DNA of 64,000 nt from Bdellovibrionales bacterium. GTDB taxonomy: Bacteria; Bdellovibrionota; Bdellovibrionia; Bdellovibrionales; UBA1609. The notes under the pieces are model-generated. The model was not told the DNA's origin. It searched no databases and saw only the letters and a list, made by a program, of their open reading frames with translations. Shown one piece after another: positions 1-9,399 of the stretch (its first letter is position 1; the number at the start of each line of letters is the position of its first letter). The translations under genes were made by a program, and so were the position numbers. The DNA lies in assembly GCA_015163875.1 (NCBI GenBank), contig JAAOIH010000002.1:17574-81573 (forward strand), written 5' to 3'.

Positions 1-88
1 GATACTCTAAAATTTTTTGTATATTTAAATAACAAACAACAAAAACACCAATGCTTGCAAAAATACTTAATAAAATTGGATTAGCCAT
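1..88 (-). CDS. 5' fragment of probable TadB-like pilus assembly membrane protein (runs off the window edge)
   Basis: Own translation from ATG at 88: MANPILLSIFASIGVFVVCYLNIQKILEY. It is a hydrophobic N-terminus overlapping the cpaF stop by 8 nt. TadB identity is inferred from gene order only. Confidence 0.55.
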   Translation of the reverse strand, partial: MANPILLSIFASIGVFVVCYLNIQKILEY

Positions 89-2381
89 TGCCGCCAACTT
101 TTTTTAATTTATTTTTAAAAATGATACCAGATTTTTTAACTATTTTTTTATCATTAATAGATGTTACTTTAGAAGCCTGTGCAACTGGCCTTGCAGAAGT
201 TAAAGAATTTTTAAAAGTAGATTTATTTTCGTTATCTTTTGTAGGTGTATTTTTTACACTAGAAATTTTTGTAATTGTAGACACCGCAGGCTTACTTGTA
301 ACAGAATTTTCTGTTGTAAATAAATTTCTTGGAATTTTAATTCCTTTTTGTTCAAACTTTTCAATAAAAGAGGGGATTAGTCCCATTGATTGAAACTTTC
401 CAATAATTTTTCTATTTTTATCAAAGCCTTCTTCTTTAAATCTAAAAATTTCTTGCAAAGTTACAGTGTCACCTTGCATTCCAACAACTTCTGTAATGTA
501 CATAATTTTACGACTGCCATCACCAAGTCGTGAAATTTGTATAATTAAATCTACTGCACCAGAAATTTGTTCTCTTAAAGCCTTTGCTGGTAAATCCATA
601 CCTGCCATCATGCAAAGAGTTTCAAGTCTTGCAATAGCCTCTCTTGGATTATTAGAGTGGACAGTTGTCATTGATCCGTCGTGACCTGTGTTCATTGCAG
701 AAATCATATCAAGGGCTGCACCGTCACGACACTCACCAACAATTATTCTATCTGGTCGCATTCTTAAACAATTTTTAACTAAATCACGAATGCTAACCTC
801 TCCTGTACCTTCCATATTTGCAGGGCGAGTTTCTAATCTAACAACATGTTCCTGTTTTAATTGTAGTTCGGCTGCATCCTCAACAGTTACAATTCTTTCG
901 CGATCAGGTATAAAACTAGATAAAACATTAAGCATTGTTGTTTTACCAGAACCTGTTCCACCAGAAATAATAATATTTAAACCTTGTTCAACACAAACTT
1001 TTAAAAAATCTGCCATTGCATGAGTTAAACTAGAAAACTTTTCGGTATAATCTTTAACTGTAATTCTATCAGCTGGAAATTTACGAATAGTTAAAGAAGG
1101 CCCGTCAATAGACAAAGGCTCTATTACTGCATTTACACGACTTCCATCAGATAAACGAGCATCTACATAGGGATTTTTTTCGTCAATTCGCCTTCCAAGA
1201 GGCGTGCAAATTCTTTCAATAACATTTCGCAACTGTAAGTTAGATGTAAATGTTGTTTTACTTAATGTTAATTTTCCAGATCTTTCAACATAAATATTAT
1301 TATAACCATTAACCATAATCTCACTAACGGCAGTGTCTTTTAATAAAGACTCTAAAGGGCCAAGCCCAAGAGCCTCGTCTAAAACTTCTTGAATAATTTG
1401 AGCCCTAACATTGCGATTAAGATTTTTTGCTAATTTATCTGTTAGCTCTACAATAACTTTTTTTGTAGTATCTTTTAATTCTTGCTCTTTGTTTGGATTA
1501 TTTTTTGAATCCATTGAATCTTTTTTAAGATTCATGGCTATAATAAGCTCTTTATGAATTTGTATTTTTAAACTATTTAAACTTTTTGTATCTGCAGAAT
1601 CTTTAGATACAACAGTGTTAGCCCCAGACTCTGATAAATTTTTTAATTTTTGAAGCAAACCACCACTTAAACTAGTAACTAATTTTTTATAAGATTGCGA
1701 CAAAGAAATATTTGGCTTATTTATTACAAACGGAGTAGAGCTTTGCAAAGCCCCGTAACTAGAAATTTCGTCATTAGGTAAAATAGATAAAATCTTTTTT
1801 TGTAAATTTTGCTCTATTGCGCTACTGCTTAACGCACTTTTAGAATCAAATTGATTAACAATTATTTGGCTAACCTCTCTAGGGACAGCCTCTAAAGTAA
1901 GCTCATTAAGTTTTCTTTTAGTGGCCGTGATAGATAAAGGATCAGCTTGTGTTACAAGTAGTATGGCATGCGAATTATTTGCAACTTGTTTTTGTAATTC
2001 TGAAAAGTTACTACCCAAGTCAATGATAATAAAATTATATTGGCTTTTTAATGATAGTAAGTATTGAAAAAATTGAGAAGAAGAAACACTTAATTTTTTT
2101 TCTGGACTAATAACGCTTGGTAAAAAAAATAAACCAGAGCTATGTTTTGTAATAGCTGTTTTAATATTAGAAGAAGAGTTTGCAACATCTTGCAAAGAGC
2201 TAGTAGGGCGGATTCCTAAAATTGTATTTAAATCTCCACAGTTATCGCCATCTAAATCAATTAACAAAGCTTTGCTATTAAGCTCTTTGTGAAGACTGAT
2301 TGCTAAGTTAGCTGCAAGAGTACTTTTTCCGGCACCACCCTTACCACTAGAAACTGCTATAATAAAGTTATTGTTATCCAT
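81..2381 (-). CDS. cpaF: Fused CpaE/TadZ (MinD/ParA-like) and CpaF/TadA pilus assembly ATPase
   Basis: N-terminal deviant Walker A SGKGGAGKS. C-terminal secretion ATPase motifs GGTGSGKTT, EDAAEL, LRMRPDRIIVGECR, TGHDGSMTTVH. Confidence 0.92.
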   Translation of the reverse strand: MDNNNFIIAVSSGKGGAGKSTLAANLAISLHKELNSKALLIDLDGDNCGDLNTILGIRPTSSLQDVANSSSNIKTAITKHSSGLFFLPSVISPEKKLSVSSSQFFQYLLSLKSQYNFIIIDLGSNFSELQKQVANNSHAILLVTQADPLSITATKRKLNELTLEAVPREVSQIIVNQFDSKSALSSSAIEQNLQKKILSILPNDEISSYGALQSSTPFVINKPNISLSQSYKKLVTSLSGGLLQKLKNLSESGANTVVSKDSADTKSLNSLKIQIHKELIIAMNLKKDSMDSKNNPNKEQELKDTTKKVIVELTDKLAKNLNRNVRAQIIQEVLDEALGLGPLESLLKDTAVSEIMVNGYNNIYVERSGKLTLSKTTFTSNLQLRNVIERICTPLGRRIDEKNPYVDARLSDGSRVNAVIEPLSIDGPSLTIRKFPADRITVKDYTEKFSSLTHAMADFLKVCVEQGLNIIISGGTGSGKTTMLNVLSSFIPDRERIVTVEDAAELQLKQEHVVRLETRPANMEGTGEVSIRDLVKNCLRMRPDRIIVGECRDGAALDMISAMNTGHDGSMTTVHSNNPREAIARLETLCMMAGMDLPAKALREQISGAVDLIIQISRLGDGSRKIMYITEVVGMQGDTVTLQEIFRFKEEGFDKNRKIIGKFQSMGLIPSFIEKFEQKGIKIPRNLFTTENSVTSKPAVSTITKISSVKNTPTKDNENKSTFKNSLTSARPVAQASKVTSINDKKIVKKSGIIFKNKLKKVGGNG

Positions 2382-2387
2382 AATTAA

Positions 2388-3851
2388 TTATTGTTTTAAG
2401 TTAAACTTTTTTCTTATTTTGTCAGAACCTGCACTTGCAGAACTTTTTATTAACGGAGTTATAAACACAACAAACTGTGATTGCTTTCTTTGAAAAGATT
2501 TAGAGGCGTGCAGTGGTATAATAGGATTTTTAACAGACCCAGATGGCAACTTGTTATAAAAAGTTCCAGACTCATTTGTAATTAATCCAGCCATTGCAGC
2601 GCTGTGCCCATTTTTAACTACTAAACTTGTTTTTATATTGTGACCAGCAGTTAGCGGCCCATCAGAACTTTGGCTAACCAAAGAGTTTACTTCAAAATTT
2701 ATTTGTAACTGAATACTGCTAGATGCAGAACTTATAATAGTTGGAGTAACGCTACTTTTTAAACCTACCGTTACAAAACTTGTACTAATACTATCACCAG
2801 TTCCTGTTAAATAAGGAATACTAGATTGTGAATTTAAAGCTCCCTCTACTCCATTTTCTGTAACAATACTTAGGCTTTTTAAAACACGAGCGTGACCATG
2901 CTCTTTTGCCCAATTTAATTTTGGAAGTAAATTACTAATAGTGGCCTTTAAAATAGATGCAGTATTACGACCTGTTTCTAAACTTAATTTTGTATCAGAT
3001 GACAAGCTTGGTCTCCAGCTAAAAGCAAAACCTTTTGCATAATCTTTATTTAATTCTACATAATGAAAAACTAATTGAATTAATTTTTTTCTTTCAACAG
3101 GCTTTGGAGGTATTTTTACAATTATTAAATCAATAATATCTAAAGTTTTTCTTTTTTGTACCTTTTGGCCATCACCTTCGTTTAATATAATATCTGGAAC
3201 ATAAGTTTGGGCCAATAAAAATGCTCTTCTTTTATCTGCAACACTAGTTACAACTCCCTCTAAAAGAAACTTTCCATTAATTGCACGAACATGCACTTCG
3301 GGATTATTAATTGCTCTTTCTATTAATTTAGAAATTTTGTTTTGCGCCAAAGGGCTAAGAGTAACTAATGATGTAGACTGCTCTGGATATTGATTAATAA
3401 CACTTAAAATACGATTCATATCTGTTGGAATTAAAATTTCACCATCTACGATAACAGTATTATTAATAATTTTAATACTAATTCCCTCTATATCTTTTAA
3501 CAAACTTTGAATATCTTTTGCAGCCTTGTGTAAATTAGTTTTTTTAATATCAATACGAAATTCATAAATCACATCACCAGTTTTAGGATTTTTTACAAAC
3601 AATGTTCCTACACCTGTTTTTTTTGGATACAATCTTAATAACTTTCTTTTTGGATTATATTGCAAACTTAATAAACTTCTATAAGTACCGCCCTTAGAAA
3701 AAGTTTTTCCTGATTTAGGAACTGGGACATCTCTGTAAACACCAACAGATAAAGACAAATACTTTATTGGATGTTTATCTTTTGCTGCCAAATTTAAATT
3801 TGGAAGTAAAATAATAGATAGTAAAAAAAGAAAAATATTTTTTTTATACAT
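2388..3851 (-). CDS. cpaC: CpaC/RcpA-like secretin with BON-like domains
   Basis: Signal peptide, BON-like segments (INNTVIVDGEI, INGKFLLEGVV), secretin C-terminus (HARVLKSLSIVTENG, QFVVFITPLI), Tad context. Confidence 0.82.
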   Translation of the reverse strand: MYKKNIFLFLLSIILLPNLNLAAKDKHPIKYLSLSVGVYRDVPVPKSGKTFSKGGTYRSLLSLQYNPKRKLLRLYPKKTGVGTLFVKNPKTGDVIYEFRIDIKKTNLHKAAKDIQSLLKDIEGISIKIINNTVIVDGEILIPTDMNRILSVINQYPEQSTSLVTLSPLAQNKISKLIERAINNPEVHVRAINGKFLLEGVVTSVADKRRAFLLAQTYVPDIILNEGDGQKVQKRKTLDIIDLIIVKIPPKPVERKKLIQLVFHYVELNKDYAKGFAFSWRPSLSSDTKLSLETGRNTASILKATISNLLPKLNWAKEHGHARVLKSLSIVTENGVEGALNSQSSIPYLTGTGDSISTSFVTVGLKSSVTPTIISSASSSIQLQINFEVNSLVSQSSDGPLTAGHNIKTSLVVKNGHSAAMAGLITNESGTFYNKLPSGSVKNPIIPLHASKSFQRKQSQFVVFITPLIKSSASAGSDKIRKKFNLKQ

Positions 3852-3862
3852 AATTAATTCTC

Positions 3863-4732
3863 TTATAAGTTAATAAATCCACCAGTTTTTGGTTTTGGTT
3901 TTTTAGGCTTAATCACTTTTGCAGGCACTCTTCTTTTTTGCACAGGCCTGTTAAGAACAACTTTTGCAATCCCCAAAACATTATTAATAGAAGTAGTAGG
4001 AATACGAAATTTTATATGATCACTTGGGTGTCTTAAAGTCATAAATAAAGATCCAGGCGAGGTAGATAAAATATAAACTAAACTTTGAGCATCTTTTGGA
4101 GAAACCTCCACAGTGATTGTGTCAAAACTTGTGTCGCTTGAAATATTTTTAATATATTCATCGCCTCCAACTTTTTCATAAAGTCGTGGCAACTCATTAG
4201 TAACTCTTAATCCAGTAGCTAAAATTATTACATCTTGCATAATAGTTTTTATTTCTTTTTTTTGTTTTCTTCCTTGTCCAATATCTAAAGCCGCTAACAA
4301 ATCAATTCTGTCACCAGGTTTAATTAATTTTGCAACTCCTCTAATTTTATCAACGGGAAGGGTAATGGCCCTTTTGTTAGGTGCTACTTGCAAAGACAAA
4401 CCAGTTACTGGCCCTGGCTCAATAATTTTATTTTTTAAAATTTGTTCGTTTGCTTGTATAGGTGTAAGTGCAACAAGTCCGATGGCGTGATCTGGGTTAT
4501 TAAGTGCACCTGGTTCTATAAAATCAACAGGTCGCTCTACAATTTTAAGCATAGTTTCGTTAATAGTTTCCATTGCATTAATTTGTTTAATTGCAATTAC
4601 CACTCTCTTTTTTAATCCAAACTTTTTTGTAATCTCTGCACTTTTTTCTTGAGTGTAGCTGTAAATTAAAAAAACAGAAAATAGCCCAACGGCTACAGAT
4701 ATCCATAAATTTCTAGCTTCGTTGTTATTCAT
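3863..4732 (-). CDS. cpaB: Flp pilus assembly protein CpaB (SAF domain)
   Basis: N-terminal TM segment, SAF-like VVIAIKQINAM, and KRAITLPVD...KPGDRIDLL typical of CpaB/RcpC. Confidence 0.88.
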   Translation of the reverse strand: MNNNEARNLWISVAVGLFSVFLIYSYTQEKSAEITKKFGLKKRVVIAIKQINAMETINETMLKIVERPVDFIEPGALNNPDHAIGLVALTPIQANEQILKNKIIEPGPVTGLSLQVAPNKRAITLPVDKIRGVAKLIKPGDRIDLLAALDIGQGRKQKKEIKTIMQDVIILATGLRVTNELPRLYEKVGGDEYIKNISSDTSFDTITVEVSPKDAQSLVYILSTSPGSLFMTLRHPSDHIKFRIPTTSINNVLGIAKVVLNRPVQKRRVPAKVIKPKKPKPKTGGFINL

Positions 4733-4770
4733 TAGCTCTCCTTTCTTTTTTTACAGCTTAAAATAGTTAT

Positions 4771-5271
4771 CTAATTTTTTGCTACACAAGCATCAAAATT
4801 TAAACACATGCCGTACGCACTTCTTATCCAAATTTCTTTTACGCCTTTTTTTGTTTTTTTTGTAAAAATATTATCATGAGAGTGTTGTGACAAAAGGCCA
4901 TCTTTTGTCTTTGACTGAACTGGAGAAAATCTACCGTAGTCAACAGCCAAAGGATAAGCTTGATCATCATTATTAGTCCGAACAACATAGTGAACTCGCG
5001 ATCCAGCTTTGTAATAATTTATGATTAGTCCATCATAATGCTCGCCTGATATAATTTGTTGATCACGAAAATATGTAAGATCTGCTCTGTTTCTAAAAGT
5101 TTCAAACGCGTAAGCTCTTGCACTAATTGAAGATAAAATTCCCGAATGTACTGACATAAAAAAACCCCACATATTTCCTAAAATAGTCATAAAAATAATT
5201 AAAAGTGGCAGCGTTTCTACTATCGCGCTTCCGTTTTCTTTTTTTATTGTGTTTATCTTATTTTTATTCAT
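4771..5271 (-). CDS. TadE-like minor pilin
   Basis: Class III signal ENG|SAIVE (Glu at +5) followed by a hydrophobic helix. Confidence 0.75.
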   Translation of the reverse strand: MNKNKINTIKKENGSAIVETLPLLIIFMTILGNMWGFFMSVHSGILSSISARAYAFETFRNRADLTYFRDQQIISGEHYDGLIINYYKAGSRVHYVVRTNNDDQAYPLAVDYGRFSPVQSKTKDGLLSQHSHDNIFTKKTKKGVKEIWIRSAYGMCLNFDACVAKN

Positions 5272-5351
5272 TAAAACCCTCTTAAAGTCTTTTCGACCTA
5301 TTGGGCTTAAGACTAAAGGGGGTTATGCTAGATTTTTGACTAGTTTTTTGA

Positions 5352-5990
5352 CTAGCAGCCGTTGTCTGATATTTGAAAGACTGGGGTGACAGAACCAGAC
5401 TGTTTACTTAGCTTATAGGCTCTTTCTTTTTCAAAATCTTTACATTCTAAAGCAGAGGGTTCTCGACCAAGAAATGATGAAATTTTTGTTCTAAATCCCG
5501 ATTCTTTTTGCTCTTCAGCGCCTTTTGTTTTTCCAATAAATGGCAGGCTAAAGTCTAAAAGTTTTGAAATAAAAAAAGTCGATACACCTTGAAACATTCC
5601 AGGCTGACCTCCTGTATCTTTATTTGCATATTCGTGATTTTTACTAATACTATCACTAAGAATAAAAACAACATTGTCAGCAGAGTCTATTTTAAACCAC
5701 GAAATTTTGTCAAAAAAATGTGACCAAGCTGTGTCTTTACGCAAACTGTTGTATTTATTTTTGGCCTGCTGCTCCTGATCTTGAGGTGTATTATGAGAGG
5801 CGTAATATGACCTAGCTGCGCTAAATGTAATGTATTGTGTAACTTCAATAAAACTTAAAGTTAACGACAGTGCTAAAATTAAATAAGTTAATCCCATAAC
5901 TAACACAAAAGAAAATAAAAAATCCACACTAATGCTAGCTTTTTCTGAAGACAAATTTTTGTAAAATAAATTTTTGTTATTGTTTTTCAT
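5352..5990 (-). CDS. TadE/TadG-like minor pilin with non-canonical processing site
   Basis: SEKA|SISVD then a hydrophobic helix; ITFSAARS resembles the TadE AAR motif; Tad context. Confidence 0.65.
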   Translation of the reverse strand: MKNNNKNLFYKNLSSEKASISVDFLFSFVLVMGLTYLILALSLTLSFIEVTQYITFSAARSYYASHNTPQDQEQQAKNKYNSLRKDTAWSHFFDKISWFKIDSADNVVFILSDSISKNHEYANKDTGGQPGMFQGVSTFFISKLLDFSLPFIGKTKGAEEQKESGFRTKISSFLGREPSALECKDFEKERAYKLSKQSGSVTPVFQISDNGC

Positions 5991-6011
5991 TTTTACACAA
6001 TTTGATATTTT

Positions 6012-6269
6012 TTAAGGCACTAAAGATTGATGTTTGTCTATAGAATTAGGATGCACTGGATTTTTACCAATGTCACCATACCTAATAACATTATCAATTT
6101 TTTTCCATGGTTTAGATATTAATTTAGATACAAGCTTTCGTTTTTTAAATTCACCAGCTACAAAAACAAAAACTCCAAATAAAATACTCATTAATAAAAT
6201 ACTTTCTACAACAGCTTGTCCTGAATTTTTTAGTATTGGCAGATATCTATTGTGTTTATTTTTTTTCAT
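6012..6269 (-). CDS. Small TadE/Flp-like pilin
   Basis: KNSG|QAVVESILL prepilin motif. Confidence 0.72.
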   Translation of the reverse strand: MKKNKHNRYLPILKNSGQAVVESILLMSILFGVFVFVAGEFKKRKLVSKLISKPWKKIDNVIRYGDIGKNPVHPNSIDKHQSLVP

Positions 6270-6281
6270 AATTAAATTTTT

Positions 6282-6797
6282 TTAAAATAAGAAGTCAATA
6301 AAATGAAATTTAAGCACAACAACAGATCCCCAAGAAAAAAACAAAGCAACACTAAAAGGAATGCTATGCAAATTTTTATTGTTTTTTAATTTTTTAAAAT
6401 CCATTAAGTTGGCAGCTAAACTAGATAATTGTCCAGATACAATAATTTGTATAATACCTAAAAGACTTGCCCAAACAAAAGAGAACAAAAAAACTTGAAA
6501 TAAAATTTGAGGTTTTAACACTAAAGCTAGTAACATTAGTAATTTTAAATCACCAGCTCCTAAAATTTTTGATAAAACAAAAGGTAAAACAACAGCAACA
6601 GACAAAAGAACTGCAATTCCAGACCCAGCTAAATGTTCTAAAAACCCAGATTTTAAATTCCACGCTAGCAGTCCTAAAGTTATAGGCAGCAAAATAAGTA
6701 AAAGTTTGTTGTGTATTTTTCGACTGGCAAGATCATCAATAACAGCTAATAGTAAAATTCCACCAGATAAAAAACTAAAAAAAGAAAAGTCATACAT
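6282..6797 (-). CDS. cpaA: Prepilin peptidase CpaA/TadV (A24 family)
   Basis: AVIDD..RKIHN and LGAGDLKL aspartate motifs, multi-TM protein, C-terminal IPFSVAL. Confidence 0.9.
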   Translation of the reverse strand: MYDFSFFSFLSGGILLLAVIDDLASRKIHNKLLLILLPITLGLLAWNLKSGFLEHLAGSGIAVLLSVAVVLPFVLSKILGAGDLKLLMLLALVLKPQILFQVFLFSFVWASLLGIIQIIVSGQLSSLAANLMDFKKLKNNKNLHSIPFSVALFFSWGSVVVLKFHFIDFLF

Positions 6798-6799
6798 AA

Positions 6800-7003
6800 T
6801 TACTCAGGGTCTTTCCATGCAGGTACAATTCCGCCTGTTTCTTTATTTGTAAATTGATATCCAGTAGCTAAATTTCTTTCAACTCTAGAGGCCAAAATTG
6901 GCCCCGCTTGTGAAAATATTTTTACAGGACCATTTTCTCCCAACAAAGATGTTAAGATAATAGCCGCATATAAACTTAAAATTAAAATTAGCTCAGTGGT
7001 CAT
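6800..7003 (-). CDS. Small pilin-like protein lacking a cleavable leader
   Basis: MTTELILIL aligns with the Flp sequence QGTTEYILIL; an in-frame stop lies two codons upstream of the ATG. Confidence 0.6.
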   Translation of the reverse strand: MTTELILILSLYAAIILTSLLGENGPVKIFSQAGPILASRVERNLATGYQFTNKETGGIVPAWKDPE

Positions 7004-7032
7004 TTTTTAAATAGACTTGTTAAAGTTTATTT

Positions 7033-7227
7033 TTAACCAATAGCGTCGGTTATGTTACTTCCTAATTTTTGTATTATTTTGTCTACCTGAAGTGTAATTT
7101 CTTTTCTAAACAGTGCAGCAATCCCAACAATCGCTACTAGAATTAAAATATACTCCGTAGTTCCTTGACCGGATTCATCTTTTAAAATTTCTATAAATTT
7201 TGTTTTAATAGAATTTAATATTTTCAC
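7033..7227 (-). CDS. flp: Flp major pilin
   Basis: DESG|QGTTEYILIL Flp motif; GTG start with strong AAGGAGG ribosome-binding site. Confidence 0.9.
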   Translation of the reverse strand: MKILNSIKTKFIEILKDESGQGTTEYILILVAIVGIAALFRKEITLQVDKIIQKLGSNITDAIG

Positions 7228-7311
7228 TTTAGCCTCCTTATGGCTTATACATTATATAGTCTTTACGGGTAGGCGGAGGTGTAACTTTAATTTTATTTAC
7301 AATTATTTTAA

Positions 7312-7385
7312 ATTTACTGCATTTTTAAGATATCAACCTCTTAAAAATAAGAGTCCAACCTCTTAAAAATGATTTACTGCATTTT
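7312..7385. repeat. Nested X-Y-Y-X direct repeats plus inverted repeats upstream of flp
   Basis: ATTTACTGCATTTT at 7312 and 7372; CAACCTCTTAAAAAT at 7334 and 7356; inverted repeat ATTTTTAAGA/TCTTAAAAAT at 7321-7348. Confidence 0.7.
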
Positions 7386-7413
7386 ATAGATTTATGCTTG
7401 GATAAAACTCTTT

Positions 7414-8703
7414 TTAAGAAAATAACAATTTAAAAATAAAGAAAAATATTACAGACATAAGTGCACCTGCAGGTAGCGTAATTAACCATGATAAAAAAAT
7501 CTTGTTAATCATTTTTGTATTAATTGCTTTAATACCTCTGGCCAAGCCAACCCCTAAAACAGCACCAACTAAAGTATGGGTTGTTGAAATTGGAATTCCA
7601 GTAGCCGAAGCAATTACAACTGTTGTTGCAGCGGCAAGTTCTGCAGAAAAACCCCGACTTGGCGTAAGATGAGTAATTTCTTTTCCGATTGTCGCAATAA
7701 CTTTGTGCCCGTAAGTAATTAAACCTAAAACAATTCCACCTCCACCGATAAGTAAAATCCAAGACGACAATGCGCTTTGACTACCTGTAACTCCAAGGTT
7801 GTGAACAATATTATAAATTGCAGCAAGTGGGCCGATTGCATTTGCTACATCGTTTGATCCATGTGCAAAAGCCATTGCACAAGCTGTGATTAACATTAAT
7901 GTTGCAAAAATTTTTTCCATTTGTTTTTTTTCATCTTCGTGACTTAGGTTTAATGCTTTTGTTTTTTTCATTCGTCTTTTTGAAAAACGCAAATTTTGCA
8001 TTAAAAAACCAATGCTCATAATAAACAAACCAAAAAATGTAGCTAATAAATAATTAGTGTCAGGCGCAAGATTCCACCCTAAATGTTTAAGACCTTTAAA
8101 CAAAGTTACTAACGCAATAACAAAACCCATTATAAAAGTATATGCAGGAGTATATTTTTTAGCATTTTCTAATGGCTGTTTTGTGTTTATAACAAAATAT
8201 TGTAAACTTTTATAAAATAAAAATGCCAGAGACCCCGCAATTACTGGCGACACAACCCAGCTCATTATAATTGTTAAAACTTTGCCCCAAGCAACCGCGT
8301 CTATGCTTACACCAACTGCGCCAAATCCAACAATTGCTCCAACAATAGAATGAGTTGTCGACACTGGCCAGCCGTAAGAACTTGCAACAACTAACCAAAT
8401 TCCAGCTCCAAGTAAAGATGCCAGCATTCCATAAACTAAAAGTTCGGGGCTTTGTATAAAAAAACTAGTGTCTAAAATACCTTTTCTTATTGTGGAGGTA
8501 ACCTCACCTCCAGCCAAAACTGCACCAATAAATTCAAAAATAATAGCTATAAAAATAGCCTGCCGAATTGTAATAGCCTTTGAGCCCACAGATGTGCCCA
8601 TGGCATTGGCCACATCATTTGCTCCCACTCCATAGGCCATAAAAAAAGCAAAAATAATGGCTAATATTAAAAAAACACTTCCGTAACTAGCTAATATTTC
8701 CAT
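7414..8703 (-). CDS. PiT-family inorganic phosphate transporter
   Basis: Two PiT signatures, GANDVANAMG and HGSNDVANAIG. Confidence 0.93.
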   Translation of the reverse strand: MEILASYGSVFLILAIIFAFFMAYGVGANDVANAMGTSVGSKAITIRQAIFIAIIFEFIGAVLAGGEVTSTIRKGILDTSFFIQSPELLVYGMLASLLGAGIWLVVASSYGWPVSTTHSIVGAIVGFGAVGVSIDAVAWGKVLTIIMSWVVSPVIAGSLAFLFYKSLQYFVINTKQPLENAKKYTPAYTFIMGFVIALVTLFKGLKHLGWNLAPDTNYLLATFFGLFIMSIGFLMQNLRFSKRRMKKTKALNLSHEDEKKQMEKIFATLMLITACAMAFAHGSNDVANAIGPLAAIYNIVHNLGVTGSQSALSSWILLIGGGGIVLGLITYGHKVIATIGKEITHLTPSRGFSAELAAATTVVIASATGIPISTTHTLVGAVLGVGLARGIKAINTKMINKIFLSWLITLPAGALMSVIFFFIFKLLFS

Positions 8704-8806
8704 TTTTTATAACCTATTTTTTAAAATTTTTTGACATCTTAATTTTTCTGTTGTGTATCTATATTTAAATGTTTAAATATAATTATATATACAAAGGGGT
8801 TTAAAA

Positions 8807-9385
8807 ATGAAAGCAATTTTTTTTATTATTTTATTATTATTTGTTTCATCTTGCGGAGTTCAAAGCATTCCTAAGGCTAAAAATAAAGTAGCGTCACAAC
8901 TTGCAGAAATTAGTAATCAATATAAAAGAAGATTAGATTTAATTCCTAATTTGGTTAAAACAGTAAAGGGCTATGCAAAGCATGAAAAATCTACTTTAGA
9001 GGCCGTAGTAAAAGCAAGAGCATCTGCAACCCAAGCTAAAATAGATATTAATAATTTAAATCCATCGCAAATTAAAAATTTTCAAAAAGCTCAAGCTGGT
9101 TTAGGCCAAGCTTTAGGAAGGCTTATGGTGGTTGTAGAAAAATATCCTAACTTAAAAGCTAATGCTAACTTTTTAGATTTGCAATCTCAATTAGAGGGAA
9201 CAGAAAATAGAATTACAATTGCACGCCAAAGATATATTCAAAGCATAGAGTCTTTTAACAACTTGGTAACTGTTTTTCCAAGCAGTTTAACAAATAGTAT
9301 GTTTTTTCATTACAAGACTCTTCCACAGTGGCAGGCTGATGAAAGCTCTAAAGAGCTAAAACAAACTCCTAAAGTACAATTTTAA
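8807..9385 (+). CDS. lemA: LemA family lipoprotein
   Basis: SSC lipobox; YKRRLDLIPNLV, YPNLKANANFLDLQSQLEGTENRI. Confidence 0.93.
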   Translation: MKAIFFIILLLFVSSCGVQSIPKAKNKVASQLAEISNQYKRRLDLIPNLVKTVKGYAKHEKSTLEAVVKARASATQAKIDINNLNPSQIKNFQKAQAGLGQALGRLMVVVEKYPNLKANANFLDLQSQLEGTENRITIARQRYIQSIESFNNLVTVFPSSLTNSMFFHYKTLPQWQADESSKELKQTPKVQF

Positions 9386-9399
9386 TAAAAGGCAAAACT

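Noticed and set aside
5318-5330. 13-nt match (CTAGCATAACCCC, minus strand) to the T7 terminator, suggesting vector sequence
   Set aside because: The match is too short, the rest of the terminator is missing, and the context is a native operon.
7228-7413. c-di-GMP riboswitch upstream of flp
   Set aside because: There is no GGCAAA...GAAA...GACGCAAAG-type core on the coding strand.
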